Virus record (IMG/VR): IMGVR_UViG_2896384573_000007
Span: 4,318 to 68,317 of that record
DNA from: a virus
Taxonomy: Duplodnaviria; Caudoviricetes
Strand: one strand, 5' to 3'
Length of the DNA stretch: 64,000 nt
Of this stretch, positions 37,398 through 49,108 are shown one piece after another. The translations under genes were made by a program, and so were the position numbers. Within the stretch, counting starts at the first letter, position 1. Every line of letters begins with the position of its first letter. The notes beneath the pieces are model-generated. The model worked only from the letters and a program-made list of their open reading frames with translations. It was not told where the DNA came from and ran no database searches.

Positions 37398-38000
37398 TCA
37401 TAACTTCTTGAATTCGTAATCCGCCCATCGAAGAGATTTCCGGATTTCCGAAGCTTTCACGCCCTTCAGGGTTTCTTGGACAGCGGCAAGAGCTACCGAG
37501 AAGCTCGTTTTCAGCATCTCTGCCGCTTCCTGTTTTCTCCCGTCCTTCTCGTACATCCGGACGACTTTGTATTTCGCTAGACGTGACAGAGCATCGGCTT
37601 CGATCCTGCCACCTGCATCCACCTTCACGGTGAATAGCATCTCCCAATCTGTGATGTTGCCATAAGCCTGGTGCCGCAGGTTCTTCCTGCGCTGTTCGAT
37701 GTCGACGCAAGTGCCGACTTTCAGAAGCTTCGCCGACCTGGATCCAGCGATGTAAATGTAGCCCTCTGTGTTATGGCGCTTCTGGTAGCCCAACTTGGCT
37801 GTGTCGCACTGTGCGCAATGACCTGACCGTGTCCGGAGACGGTGACCTTTCTCCTTGCAGGGCGTCCCGATGACAACCGTCTGACCTGCTGCCCGAACGC
37901 CAGCCTTCCATGCGGCGGATGATTGTCCGCGCCCATCGTATACGTCCGATGTAGTAAGGCTCTGAGACTTCAGAAATTCAAGCTCGTCCTTCGTCAACAT
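37398..38000 (-). CDS. T5orf172/GIY-YIG-like protein with N-terminal Cys/His knuckle
   Basis: GYIYIAGS...LKVG.C.DIEQR; C....HRLRTRSGHCAQC. Confidence 0.7.
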   Translation of the reverse strand: MLTKDELEFLKSQSLTTSDVYDGRGQSSAAWKAGVRAAGQTVVIGTPCKEKGHRLRTRSGHCAQCDTAKLGYQKRHNTEGYIYIAGSRSAKLLKVGTCVDIEQRRKNLRHQAYGNITDWEMLFTVKVDAGGRIEADALSRLAKYKVVRMYEKDGRKQEAAEMLKTSFSVALAAVQETLKGVKASEIRKSLRWADYEFKKL

Positions 38001-38007
38001 GACGGGA

Positions 38008-38403
38008 TCACTCTCCGATGGTGCTACCGTCCAACTCGTGTTCCCGCAGCACGCATGTTCCGTATTGAATCTTGGATGGGTCAGCCAAAACGGGCTGGCT
38101 GGCTTGACCAGTCTTCAAATTCACGACGAACCTTGGTTGCAAATCCGGACGGTTGGACCACTGCGCTTCCATCCTCTCGTTGGTGCGTACGAGTATCGTT
38201 TTTGTCGCCGCGAGGGAAGTTTTCCGATACTTGCCGCCTGCTTGCCGGAGTGCGTCGCCGTCAATTAGCCAACTCTCAGAACGGAAACCAGTGACGTGCT
38301 TAGGATCGGGGTAACGGCAGAACATGAATGTCGCAGCCTCGGCGTTTGCCTGCGACACGGTAATCAAAGTGCCCATGATCGCAACAGCGATTGTCCTCTT
38401 CAT
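38008..38403 (-). CDS. Putative exported protein (131 aa)
   Basis: MKRTIAVAIMGTLITVSQANA signal peptide. Confidence 0.55.
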   Translation of the reverse strand: MKRTIAVAIMGTLITVSQANAEAATFMFCRYPDPKHVTGFRSESWLIDGDALRQAGGKYRKTSLAATKTILVRTNERMEAQWSNRPDLQPRFVVNLKTGQASQPVLADPSKIQYGTCVLREHELDGSTIGE

Positions 38404-38542
38404 GCCTCACCCTCTATCGACAATACGCCCGTTGATGTACATCCAAAAGTTGGGCACGACAATTCGCCAACAATCTCTAGCCATTGATTTACTTTGTTGA
38501 TCGAAGATAGTTGCAAGCAAGGGACTCAGGGGATCTGGAAAT

Positions 38543-38992
38543 ATGCAACCACAGCCCATCGATGCAGCCAAACACGCCGAAATGATCGGCAAGCCAGTCT
38601 TTGCAATTCTTCTCGTCGTGATCTATGGGATTTATCGCATCGTCCAGGAGGGCATATGGCCTGCAGGCTGGCCGAATGGCACGATCCTAGCTGCGGGCGG
38701 CATCCTGTCAGCGGTCGCGATATTCGCATACATGCGCACAATCGAAGGCGGCAGAGGGCGGAGCTTGGGCAAGGCGCTGTCGGCGTTCGGCGGACTGCTC
38801 CCATATGCGTACTCGCTGTACGTGATATTCCACGTCGGGCTCTGGTCCCTAGTTCAGCTTTTTACCGTCGGATTCGCGGTAACGGGATTGCTCGTGGGTG
38901 TCGTCGGCATTCTGCTCGGATACCGAATCCTAAAGACATTTTATGACATCACAGAACTTGGGAATGCTCGGCTCGCGTCCGAGAAAGCGTGA
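38543..38992 (+). CDS. Multi-pass membrane protein (149 aa)
   Basis: About four hydrophobic segments. Confidence 0.65.
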   Translation: MQPQPIDAAKHAEMIGKPVFAILLVVIYGIYRIVQEGIWPAGWPNGTILAAGGILSAVAIFAYMRTIEGGRGRSLGKALSAFGGLLPYAYSLYVIFHVGLWSLVQLFTVGFAVTGLLVGVVGILLGYRILKTFYDITELGNARLASEKA

Positions 38993-39104
38993 ACTAATCG
39001 CTGCGCTCGACAATCTTGCCGTCGTTCGTGAAGTGACGCCTCGACCCCGTCTCGTAGGAACCGATAGCGGCTGTCGCAATCGGCACCTGGTTGGCGCGCA
39101 GAAT

Positions 39105-40607
39105 TCATCGCATTCGGAAGCGATTCTTGAGTGCCAGCGCCAGCAGGAAGAGCAGAACGGCGCCACCGAGCGCCTCGACTGCGCTGATCGCACGAAAAAT
39201 CCAATTGAACTGGAGGTGGTTGAGGGCATCTATAGCTTCCCTTCGCATTGGCAGGAAGGAAAGCAGGTTTAGCAAGGTCAATTGTGCCGCCGATCCGCAC
39301 GGGAGAGGGATTCCAGCCATGCCGGATGAAGGAGAAATCTTGTTGGAGACGGGGAGCAGGGCCAGCGCGACGAAGCCGATGGCTGCGAGTGCGCCCATGC
39401 CCACAAGGGGGCGCATGAAGCTCGAGCCGTAACCGCTCAGCTTCTCATACGCGAAATTGAGTAGCCAGCCGAACGATAACGGCTTCATGAGCGCGCGGCG
39501 CACCCGCAGCTCTTGGCGGAAGAAAAACTGCTCATCCTCATGTTTCTTCAGCCGCTCCATTTCCAGCTTGAGTCGTTCATAAGCATAGAGGTTGGCCTGT
39601 TGATCCGTCTCCTCGTTGAAGGTCGCCGGCCACGTGACGCCGTCGAGTTCGGTAGCCTCGTGTAGCACCGCGCCCCGGAAATCGGGGACGCACTTCACGA
39701 ATGTTGCGCCCCGGAAGCGGCTACCGGCCTCGAACCTAACGTTGGTAAAGGAGACCGGAGCCCCACGCCATAAGGTCCGATCGAACCACGCACGGTCCTT
39801 GAAGGTGGTTCCGCGGAACTCGGCGCTCGCACCGAAGACGGCATCGATAAAGACTGAACCGCCGTGGAAGATGGCGTTGATGAAGTCTACGTCACCTGTG
39901 AATTCTGCATGGGCGAAATCCGCTGACTCGGAAAATTTGGGTTCGACGAAGCGGACCGGGCCGAGCCGGGCACTCCCGAAATACACATGGCTGTTGAAAT
40001 ACATGTGCGAAAACACAGTATCGCCGGAAACCGTGCATTCGCGCATACTGAACTCGCCACGGACCTCGCCGGCAAACCCCAGCTGTCCTTCGACTTCCAA
40101 GTTGTCGAGATTGACATAATTAAACGTTTCCCCTCGAAAATTTCCGCGAACCTTTATCTTCGCGGAGACAAGTGACAGATCTTCGTCGAAGCTGGCCTTG
40201 GTGGCGTCGATGCCTCGCTCGAAGACGGACCTGTCGAAACGGGCGCCTGCGGGGAACTTGTAGCCTCCCAGGAACAACCTCCGCTCGAAAATCGTGTCGG
40301 AGAAATCCGCCAGCCGGGTGGAATCGGGAAGCTCGGCCTTGGCATTGCCCATACGCGACCGGAGTAGCGACGTGAGTTCGCCACGGATCGCTCGAAAAGT
40401 GACCAAGTCGGGATCGGCGGCGCTCGTCGATCCGCTGTTGCCGGCGTCCAGCCATCGCTGCCATTCGTTACGGTTGCGATCGAGCAGGTCACCGAGTTTT
40501 CCGGGTTCGGGCTCTCCATGCAAAGTCGCGAGACAGTAGTACACGTTCTCGTTCGCGCTCTTCAGCGCGCGCTCTGGCTCAGAATCATTGTCCGTCACTC
40601 TGCCCAT
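39105..40607 (-). CDS. Pentapeptide-repeat protein with C-terminal membrane domain (500 aa)
   Basis: Repeating F..A.F units; GYGSSFMRPL plus TM helices; GGAGGAGG RBS before ATG 40607. Confidence 0.8.
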   Translation of the reverse strand: MGRVTDNDSEPERALKSANENVYYCLATLHGEPEPGKLGDLLDRNRNEWQRWLDAGNSGSTSAADPDLVTFRAIRGELTSLLRSRMGNAKAELPDSTRLADFSDTIFERRLFLGGYKFPAGARFDRSVFERGIDATKASFDEDLSLVSAKIKVRGNFRGETFNYVNLDNLEVEGQLGFAGEVRGEFSMRECTVSGDTVFSHMYFNSHVYFGSARLGPVRFVEPKFSESADFAHAEFTGDVDFINAIFHGGSVFIDAVFGASAEFRGTTFKDRAWFDRTLWRGAPVSFTNVRFEAGSRFRGATFVKCVPDFRGAVLHEATELDGVTWPATFNEETDQQANLYAYERLKLEMERLKKHEDEQFFFRQELRVRRALMKPLSFGWLLNFAYEKLSGYGSSFMRPLVGMGALAAIGFVALALLPVSNKISPSSGMAGIPLPCGSAAQLTLLNLLSFLPMRREAIDALNHLQFNWIFRAISAVEALGGAVLLFLLALALKNRFRMR

Positions 40608-40694
40608 CCTCCTCCTCCTCGACCTCACCCATAATACCTGGCGTGAATTCGCTTCCAAGCACCCCTGACTGACGGCACCTCTTCGTGACAGCCT

Positions 40695-40760
40695 CGCCGC
40701 GCCTGTATGTCCGCCTCCGGGCTCCGTGCGGGGGACTTTGGGACCGCCTCCCCGCCGGGA
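40695..40760. repeat. Second, altered copy of the cos-like sequence
   Basis: CGCCGCGCCT at 40695, then a 12-nt insert, then the 23-bp identity to 34229-34251 and further partial similarity. Confidence 0.7.
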
Positions 40761-41198
40761 TGCCGCCCCCAACGCTGACCGGCGCGGTTACGGGGACGGC
40801 TCCGCTCCGAGGCTGGGCGGGCAAGTCTCAAAGCATCAAGCTTCGTCCGGTCGCTCGATTCTTAATGAAATCAGCGCAGACTCCAACGGAGCGGTTTGTC
40901 GACATCGAGCGTCTTCCCTGAAGCGCGGTAGAAGCGAGCCGCGAGCGCCGGAAGGTCATCCGCAGTCGGCACTTCGATCGAAGCAATCGCGCGGCCATGG
41001 TCATGACCGAGAGCGACAACCCCAAGGACGCTACGTTCGCGGAGGGGTGAGCCCGGGGAGAAGCGACCAATCCGCTCATCTGATCGGGTGGTTCACATTT
41101 CTGCACAAAACATTTTCGGCCTCCTGATGCTGTGGCTGTCTTGTGAAAGCGGGGTAAGGCGGACATAAAGGACTCGGTACACGCATCGGGGGAACCGC

Positions 41199-43030
<1,832 letters not shown>

Positions 43031-43034
<4 letters not shown>

Positions 43035-44395
43035 GCTTCACTCAGCATTCCAGGTACAAGAGCAGCAACGTTGATGGACTCGAAGAGGTGCCAGAGCATT
43101 GGCGCTTGTCGCGCCTTGGTTTTGCCAGTTGGGTACGCGCGCGTCTTGGATGGAAGGGATTGAAGGCCGACGAGTATGTGGACGATGGCTATGTATTTCT
43201 CGCCACGCCCAACATCAAGGGCAGGGAAATAGACTTCGAGAATGTAAACTACATCGATCAGATCCGTTACGATGAATCACCTGAGATCGCTCTCGGGCTG
43301 GGAGATGTTCTCCTTGCAAAAGACGGATCAACCTTAGGCACTGTCAATGTCGTCCGTTGCTTGCCTAGACCCGCGACAGTCAATAGCTCGATTGCGGTGA
43401 TTACGCCGCGCGCTGATCTCAGCGGCATGTACTTGTTCTATTTGTTTCAGAGTTCGTACATGCAAGCGACCATCCAAAGAATTAAAGGGGGAATGGGCGT
43501 TCCCCATTTATTTCAGGAGGACCTCAACAAGTTTCACATTCCACTTCCCCCGCTGCCCGAGCAAATCGCCATTGCCTCCTTTCTTGACCGCGAGACCGGT
43601 AAGATCGATGCGCTGGTGGAGGAGCAGAAGCGGTTGATCGAACTGCTGAAGGAAAAGCGCCAGGCCGTCATCTCCCAGGCGGTCACCAAGGGTCTCAACT
43701 CAGAGAGCCCAATGAAAGTCACGCGTATTGATTGGCTCCAACAAGTGCCACGACACTGGTCTTTATCGCGCCTTGGTTTTGCCACTTGGGTACGAGCACG
43801 TCTTGGATGGAAGGGGCTGAAGGCCGATGAGTATGTGAACGAGGGCTATGTATTTCTCGCCACGCCCAATATCAAAGGCCGGGAAATTGATTTCGACAAT
43901 GTGAACTACATCGATCAATCTCGTTATGAGGAATCTCCTGAGATTGCTCTCCAGGTGGGAGACGTTCTTCTAGCAAAAGACGGATCAACGCTCGGGACTG
44001 TCAACGTCGTTCGCTGTTTGCCGCGCCCAGCGACAGTCAACAGCTCGATTGCCGTAATTACGCCTGGCGACGGGCTCTCCGGGGTGTACTTGTTCTATCT
44101 GTTCCAAAGTTCGTACATGCAGGCGACCATCCAAAGAATTAAGGGGGGAATGGGCGTCCCACATCTATTCCAGGAAGACCTCAATAAATTCCACATCCCC
44201 CTTCCTCCCCTACCCGAGCAAGTCGCTATTGCTGACTTCCTTGACCGCGAGACAGAGAAACTTGACCTCTTGGCGGCACAAGTCGAGACGGCGATTGCAA
44301 AGCTCCAGGAGCGTCGCGCCGCGTTAATTTCCGCAGCAGTTAACGGCAAGATCGATGTCCGAAACCTTGTCGGAGCCCGGGAGGCTGCTGAATGA
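43031..44395 (+). CDS. hsdS: Type I R-M specificity subunit with near-identical TRDs
   Basis: Two TRD + IPLPPLPEQ conserved-region units; ends [15 protein letters not shown]. Confidence 0.95.
43100..44254 (+). repeat. Internal direct repeat in hsdS (43100-43597 vs 43757-44254)
   Basis: 166-aa units differ at 15 positions by manual alignment; 657-bp offset. Confidence 0.95.
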
Positions 44396-44928
44396 CCCCC
44401 TTTAAGTTGCCTGACGTTGCTGCAATGGATGCTGAGGGAAGGGCGAATCTGCGCAAGAACGCGGAGCGACTTCTCAGAAGTGGAAGCCCAACGGAGAAGT
44501 CTAGGGCGCAAGACGTTCTCGACGAACTGGCAAGAGTGATCGGCATCGAAGAGATGCAGCGTCGCGCCATTGTCGCCCGAATGGGCATCCCCGCACGGGT
44601 CGCCAATGCTTTCACTTCCATACCACCCACGGAAACCGAACAGGCCCTCCTTCAGGTGCTGCTCGACAATCCCGACCACACATCCCACGCTCTTAGCGCA
44701 AAATTGACCTGGGGTGGCCAGTCCTGGCACATGCATTTCGGCAAGATGTGCGAAAGGCGAGAGCACCTTCTCTGGGATGCCGAACCTGCGGTGACGCGCG
44801 ACGCAAACTTCTATTGCGGCATCCTCGCAAGCTACTCGGATCTCAGCCACGGCTTTACGATCAAGCCCGAGGTTGCCGAGGGTTTGGCAGCTATCGGAAT
44901 CAGACCGTCGAACAGGTACTCTCGATGA
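44392..44928 (+). CDS. Unknown protein between hsdS and hsdR, probable winged-helix C-terminal domain
   Basis: ATGA-coupled to both neighbours; TSHALSAKL..HFGKM...FTIKPEVAEGL. Confidence 0.7.
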   Translation: MTPFKLPDVAAMDAEGRANLRKNAERLLRSGSPTEKSRAQDVLDELARVIGIEEMQRRAIVARMGIPARVANAFTSIPPTETEQALLQVLLDNPDHTSHALSAKLTWGGQSWHMHFGKMCERREHLLWDAEPAVTRDANFYCGILASYSDLSHGFTIKPEVAEGLAAIGIRPSNRYSR

Positions 44929-47900
44929 GCCTCCACAAGGAAATCAGCTTCGAAGGAGAAATCTGCAGCCACCTCGCGCATCATGGCTGGCATTACGAGG
45001 ATGGCGACGCTGCCAAGTATGACCGCACCCGGGCGCTGTTTCCTGCCGATGTCGTGGCGTGGGTCCAGACTTCGCAGCCGAAGGCTTGGGAGACGCTGGC
45101 GAAGAACCACGGTTCCGCCGCCGAGACCATGCTGCTCGACCGCATCCGCAAGCAACTCGACGAGCGCGGGACCCTGGATGTGCTGCGCCACGGCGTCGAA
45201 CTGATCGGCCTCAGGGCTCCGCTGAAGCTCGCTGAGTTCAAGCCGGCCTTTGGGCTCAACGAGGAGATCCTCGCCCGGTACGACGCCAACCGGCTGCGTG
45301 TCGTACGGCAGGTACGTTACTCGAACAGCAACGAGAATTGCATCGACCTTGTCCTGTTCCTCAACGGGCTCCCTGTTTCGACTGTTGAGTTGAAGACGGA
45401 CTTCACCCAAAGCGTGCAGGACGCGGTGGACCAGTACAGGTTCGATCGGCATCCGAGCCCCAAGGGACAATCGCCTGAGGCGCTCCTGAGCTTCCCCAGC
45501 GGCGCCCTCGTCCACCTTGCAGTCAGCAATGCCGAAGTGATGATGGCGACGAAACTCGAAGGTGCCGACACCCGCTTCCTGCCGTTCAACAAGGGCAATG
45601 AGGGCGGCAAGGGCAACCCGCCCAACCCGAAGGGGCACCCGACCGCCTATCTCTGGGAGGAGGTCTGGGAGCGCCATTCCTGGCTGGAGATCCTGGGGCG
45701 CTACATCGTTGCCGCGAAGGACGCCAAGAAGAAGATCACGGGCCTGATCTTTCCGCGCTTCCATCAGCTAGATGCAAGCCGGAAGCTTCAAGCTGAGGTT
45801 CTCGCCGAGGGCGCAGGGGGCAAGTACCTGATCCAGCATTCGGCGGGATCGGGAAAGACCAACTCGATCGCATGGTCGGCGCATTTCCTTGCCGATCTCC
45901 ATGACGCGCAGCACAAGAAGATCTTCGACACCGTCATCGTCGTCTCCGACCGCAATGTGATTGACACCCAACTTCAGGAAGCGATCTTCAGCTTCGAGCG
46001 CACTACGGGCGTCGTCGAGACGATCACCGGTGAAGGCGGTGCCAAGAGCAGCAAACTTGCCGAAGCGCTTGCGGGAGGGAAAAAGATTGTCGTCTGCACC
46101 ATCCAGACCTTCCCATTCGCGCTGGAGGCGGTGCGGGAACTTGCTGCGACGCAGGGCAAAAAGTTCGCGGTAATCGCCGACGAGGCGCATTCAAGCCAGA
46201 CGGGTGAGACCGCATCGAAGCTGAAGCAGGTTCTCTCAGCCGAAGAACTCGCGGAACTCAGGGACGGTGGCGAGGTCAGCAGCGAAGACATTCTCGCGGC
46301 TCAGATGGCGGCTCGGGCGAGCGAAAGCGGCATCACCTATGTGGCGTTCACCGCGACCCCCAAGGGCAAGACGCTGGAGCTCTTTGGCCGCCGCCCGAAC
46401 CCGAGTGAACCGGCGAGCGAGACCAACAAGCCGCAGCCCTTCCACGTCTATTCCATGCGTCAGGCCATCGAAGAGGGCTTCATTCTCGACGTCCTGAGGA
46501 ATTACACGCCCTATGATCTCGCCTTCAAACTGGCCAACGCTGGTGGGGAGATGGACGACAAAGAGGTGGAGCGCAAGGAGGCGGTCAAGGCGCTGATGCG
46601 CTGGGTGCGGCTGCATCCCTACAATATCAGCCAGAAGGTCCAGATCGTCGTCGAGCATTACCGAGCGAACGTGCAGCCGCTGCTCGACGGCAAGGCGAAG
46701 GCTATGGTGGTCACCAGCAGCCGTGTCGAGGCCGTGCGGTGGCAGATCGCCATGCAGAAATACATCAAGGACCAGAAGTACTCCCTCGGCACCCTAGTCG
46801 CCTTCTCCGGGGAGGTCGATGACAAGGAAAGTGGACCTGACCCCTTCTCGGAGACCAGCAAGGAACTGAACGCGGGGCTGAACGGGCGCGACATCCGCGA
46901 GGCCTTCAAGCTACCGGAATACCACGTGCTGCTGGTCGCCAACAAATTCCAGACCGGGTTCGATCAGCCCCTGCTGTGCGGCATGTATGTCGATCGCCGC
47001 TTGGCGGGAATACAGGCCGTCCAGACGCTCTCCCGCCTCAACAGGGCCCATTCCGGCAAGGATACGACCTACGTCCTCGACTTCGTCAACAGCGGCGACG
47101 ACATCCTTAAGGCGTTTCAGACCTACTACGAGACGGCTGAACTCGCAGGGGTCACCGATCCCAACCTCGTGTTCGACCTCAGGGCGAAGCTGGACGCCGC
47201 CGGATACTATGACAGCTTCGAGGTTGATCGTGTCGTGAAGGCCGAACTCGATCCGCAATCGAAGCAGAGTGATCTTGTAGCCGCCATCATGCCTGTCGCG
47301 GATCGTCTGCTTAAGGCCTACAAGGCGGCACAGGAGCGCCGAACGGTTGCCCTGACGAAAGAGGATACCAAGGTGGCGAAGGATGCCCAGGACGAGATGG
47401 AGGCGCTTCTGCTCTTCCGCAGCGACATGGGCGCGTTTGTCCGGGTCTATGCCTTCCTGTCGCAGATCTTCGACTACGGCAACACCGACATCGAGAAGCG
47501 ATCGATCTTCTACAAGCGACTGACCCCGCTGCTCGACTTCGGTCGCGAACGGGACACTGTTGACGTCTCTCAGATCAAGCTGACGCATCACAAGCTTTCG
47601 ACCAAGGGGCCGCGCTCTCTTGCTCTCACGGGCGAAGCGTCCCCGTTGACGCCCTTCACGGCCCCTGGGTCAGGCTCGGTGCAGGACAAGGAGAAGGCGT
47701 TGCTCGCTGAGATCGTTGCGAGGGTGAACGACCTGTTCCAGGGTGAACTGACGGATGGCGACCAGGTCATCTATGTGAACAGCGTGTTGAAGGGGAAGCT
47801 GCTGGAGTCGGAAACGCTCGTCCAGCAAGCCGAACACAACACGAAGGAGCAGTTTGCGAGTTCGCCGGATCTCTCGAAGGCCATTCTCGACGCGATCATG

Positions 47901-48035
47901 GACGCCTTCGAAGCCCATTCGGTGATGAGCAAGCAGGCCCTCGACTCGCCGAAGATCCGCGAAGGCATCAAGGACATCCTGCTTGGACCGGGGCAGCTTT
48001 GGGAGGGGCTCAGGAAGAAGGCAGAGAACGCGTAG
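44925..48035 (+). CDS. hsdR: Type I R-M restriction subunit
   Basis: IDLVLFLNGLP..TVELK nuclease, HSAGSGKT, IADEAH, FTATPK; start MSLHKEISFE at 44925. Confidence 0.97.
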   Translation: MSLHKEISFEGEICSHLAHHGWHYEDGDAAKYDRTRALFPADVVAWVQTSQPKAWETLAKNHGSAAETMLLDRIRKQLDERGTLDVLRHGVELIGLRAPLKLAEFKPAFGLNEEILARYDANRLRVVRQVRYSNSNENCIDLVLFLNGLPVSTVELKTDFTQSVQDAVDQYRFDRHPSPKGQSPEALLSFPSGALVHLAVSNAEVMMATKLEGADTRFLPFNKGNEGGKGNPPNPKGHPTAYLWEEVWERHSWLEILGRYIVAAKDAKKKITGLIFPRFHQLDASRKLQAEVLAEGAGGKYLIQHSAGSGKTNSIAWSAHFLADLHDAQHKKIFDTVIVVSDRNVIDTQLQEAIFSFERTTGVVETITGEGGAKSSKLAEALAGGKKIVVCTIQTFPFALEAVRELAATQGKKFAVIADEAHSSQTGETASKLKQVLSAEELAELRDGGEVSSEDILAAQMAARASESGITYVAFTATPKGKTLELFGRRPNPSEPASETNKPQPFHVYSMRQAIEEGFILDVLRNYTPYDLAFKLANAGGEMDDKEVERKEAVKALMRWVRLHPYNISQKVQIVVEHYRANVQPLLDGKAKAMVVTSSRVEAVRWQIAMQKYIKDQKYSLGTLVAFSGEVDDKESGPDPFSETSKELNAGLNGRDIREAFKLPEYHVLLVANKFQTGFDQPLLCGMYVDRRLAGIQAVQTLSRLNRAHSGKDTTYVLDFVNSGDDILKAFQTYYETAELAGVTDPNLVFDLRAKLDAAGYYDSFEVDRVVKAELDPQSKQSDLVAAIMPVADRLLKAYKAAQERRTVALTKEDTKVAKDAQDEMEALLLFRSDMGAFVRVYAFLSQIFDYGNTDIEKRSIFYKRLTPLLDFGRERDTVDVSQIKLTHHKLSTKGPRSLALTGEASPLTPFTAPGSGSVQDKEKALLAEIVARVNDLFQGELTDGDQVIYVNSVLKGKLLESETLVQQAEHNTKEQFASSPDLSKAILDAIMDAFEAHSVMSKQALDSPKIREGIKDILLGPGQLWEGLRKKAENA

Positions 48036-48237
48036 CTAGGCTGATCGATGCAATCTGACGGGGGACAGCGAGAATGCGCAAGCCTACTAGGCGACAGCAC
48101 TGTGGTGGGGCCGTTGTCAGTTAGTTCACCGGTGTTGGCGTTCCTCGCGCCGGTGGACGTTCAGCCCCTCGAAGGGGGTTACTCCCGACATTATGCACAC
48201 TCACATGATCAACTTCGTCAAAATGAGGCTTGTTGCC

Positions 48238-48636
48238 CTACCGTCTCTTCCCGAGCACGTAGTCGCGTTTCAATTGCGCGGCAAGGTGTGGGTCGGCAAC
48301 GGAATGGCTATTTACTGCAGTTATTGCCTCCTGCTGGGTGAGTCGTGTCCATGGGTGGGCTGGGTTCAAAGGTAGGCCGTCCTCGTCGCAGGCGCCCGTC
48401 AGACGTCCCTGATCGTAAGCATGCGTCAGCCTGGAATGGTGCTGGTGGCAGAGCGCCTGCAGGTTGGACCAGTGTAGCCGGAGGTGGGGCGCGGCGCGCA
48501 CGGTAACGATGTGATCGACGTGCTCGGTGGGCCTACCGCAGCCCTTCACTTGGCAGTAGGGATGCGCCTTCTTGAACCGGGCGGCGAGGCGGTGCCAGTC
48601 GGCGTCGTAGGGGATGTTGCGGGGTCGCTTGCGCAT
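48238..48636 (-). CDS. HNH endonuclease (HK97 gp74-like packaging accessory)
   Basis: C....C...HVDHI...NLQALC..HHS..T. Confidence 0.9.
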   Translation of the reverse strand: MRKRPRNIPYDADWHRLAARFKKAHPYCQVKGCGRPTEHVDHIVTVRAAPHLRLHWSNLQALCHQHHSRLTHAYDQGRLTGACDEDGLPLNPAHPWTRLTQQEAITAVNSHSVADPHLAAQLKRDYVLGKRR

Positions 48637-48640
48637 GGCT

Positions 48641-48718
48641 TCACGTCCACAGGAACAGCGCAAGCAGGAGCGCTGCCACGACGAGGACGGCGAAGGCGAA
48701 CGTGTCGTGGTGGTCCAT
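48641..48718 (-). CDS. 25-aa membrane micropeptide
   Basis: MDHHDTFAFAVLVVAALLLALFLWT*; GGAGGAGG RBS; stop 4 nt before the HNH ATG. Confidence 0.55.
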   Translation of the reverse strand: MDHHDTFAFAVLVVAALLLALFLWT

Positions 48719-48820
48719 CGGTTTCCTCCTCCAAGCAGCAGCACGGCTCGTCGAGCCAGCACCATCGGCCGTCGATGATCAGCCGCGGCAGGCCGCGATA
48801 GACGGCCCTGCAGCATTTGC

Positions 48821-49081
48821 TCATGGCGCGGCCTCGCTGAGCTTCCTGCCTTCGCCACGTTTCAATGCCTCGATCAGACCGGCGATCTTGTCGTGGATCG
48901 CATCGGCGTCCTGCACGTCGATGCCGAAGCGCGGCATGTACGTCGCCGGGACGAGCGCCGAGAGACCCCGACCCGTTTCGCAATCCTCGACCTCGACGAG
49001 GAAATCATGGCCCTTCGGCTGATAGGATGCGTAAGCGACAAATGGCGGCAGATGTTGAATCCATTTGTACGGCTCGCTCAT
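48821..49081 (-). CDS. Hypothetical protein (86 aa)
   Basis: GGAG RBS before ATG 49081. Confidence 0.55.
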   Translation of the reverse strand: MSEPYKWIQHLPPFVAYASYQPKGHDFLVEVEDCETGRGLSALVPATYMPRFGIDVQDADAIHDKIAGLIEALKRGEGRKLSEAAP

Positions 49082-49108
49082 GGCTGGTTTCTCCTTTTCC
49101 GGTTGCAT

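Noticed and set aside
37160-37411. 83-aa ORF after the thermonuclease
   Set aside because: No motif, overlaps the convergent gene end, composition unconvincing
43100-44254. hsdS repeat as a phase-variable shufflon
   Set aside because: Repeats are direct and within one ORF; no invertase, inverted repeats or silent hsdS copies seen
48130-48180. CCGGCGCGAGG and a CCCCT-CGA-AGGGG hairpin after the HNH gene as a third cos copy
   Set aside because: Only a short GC-rich resemblance; lacks the 23-bp block shared by the other two copies. Terminus mapping would settle it
48546-48824. Cys-rich ORF starting MSKCCRAV
   Set aside because: ATGA-coupled start is suggestive, but it fully overlaps the better-supported micropeptide and the HNH start, and its second half looks off-frame
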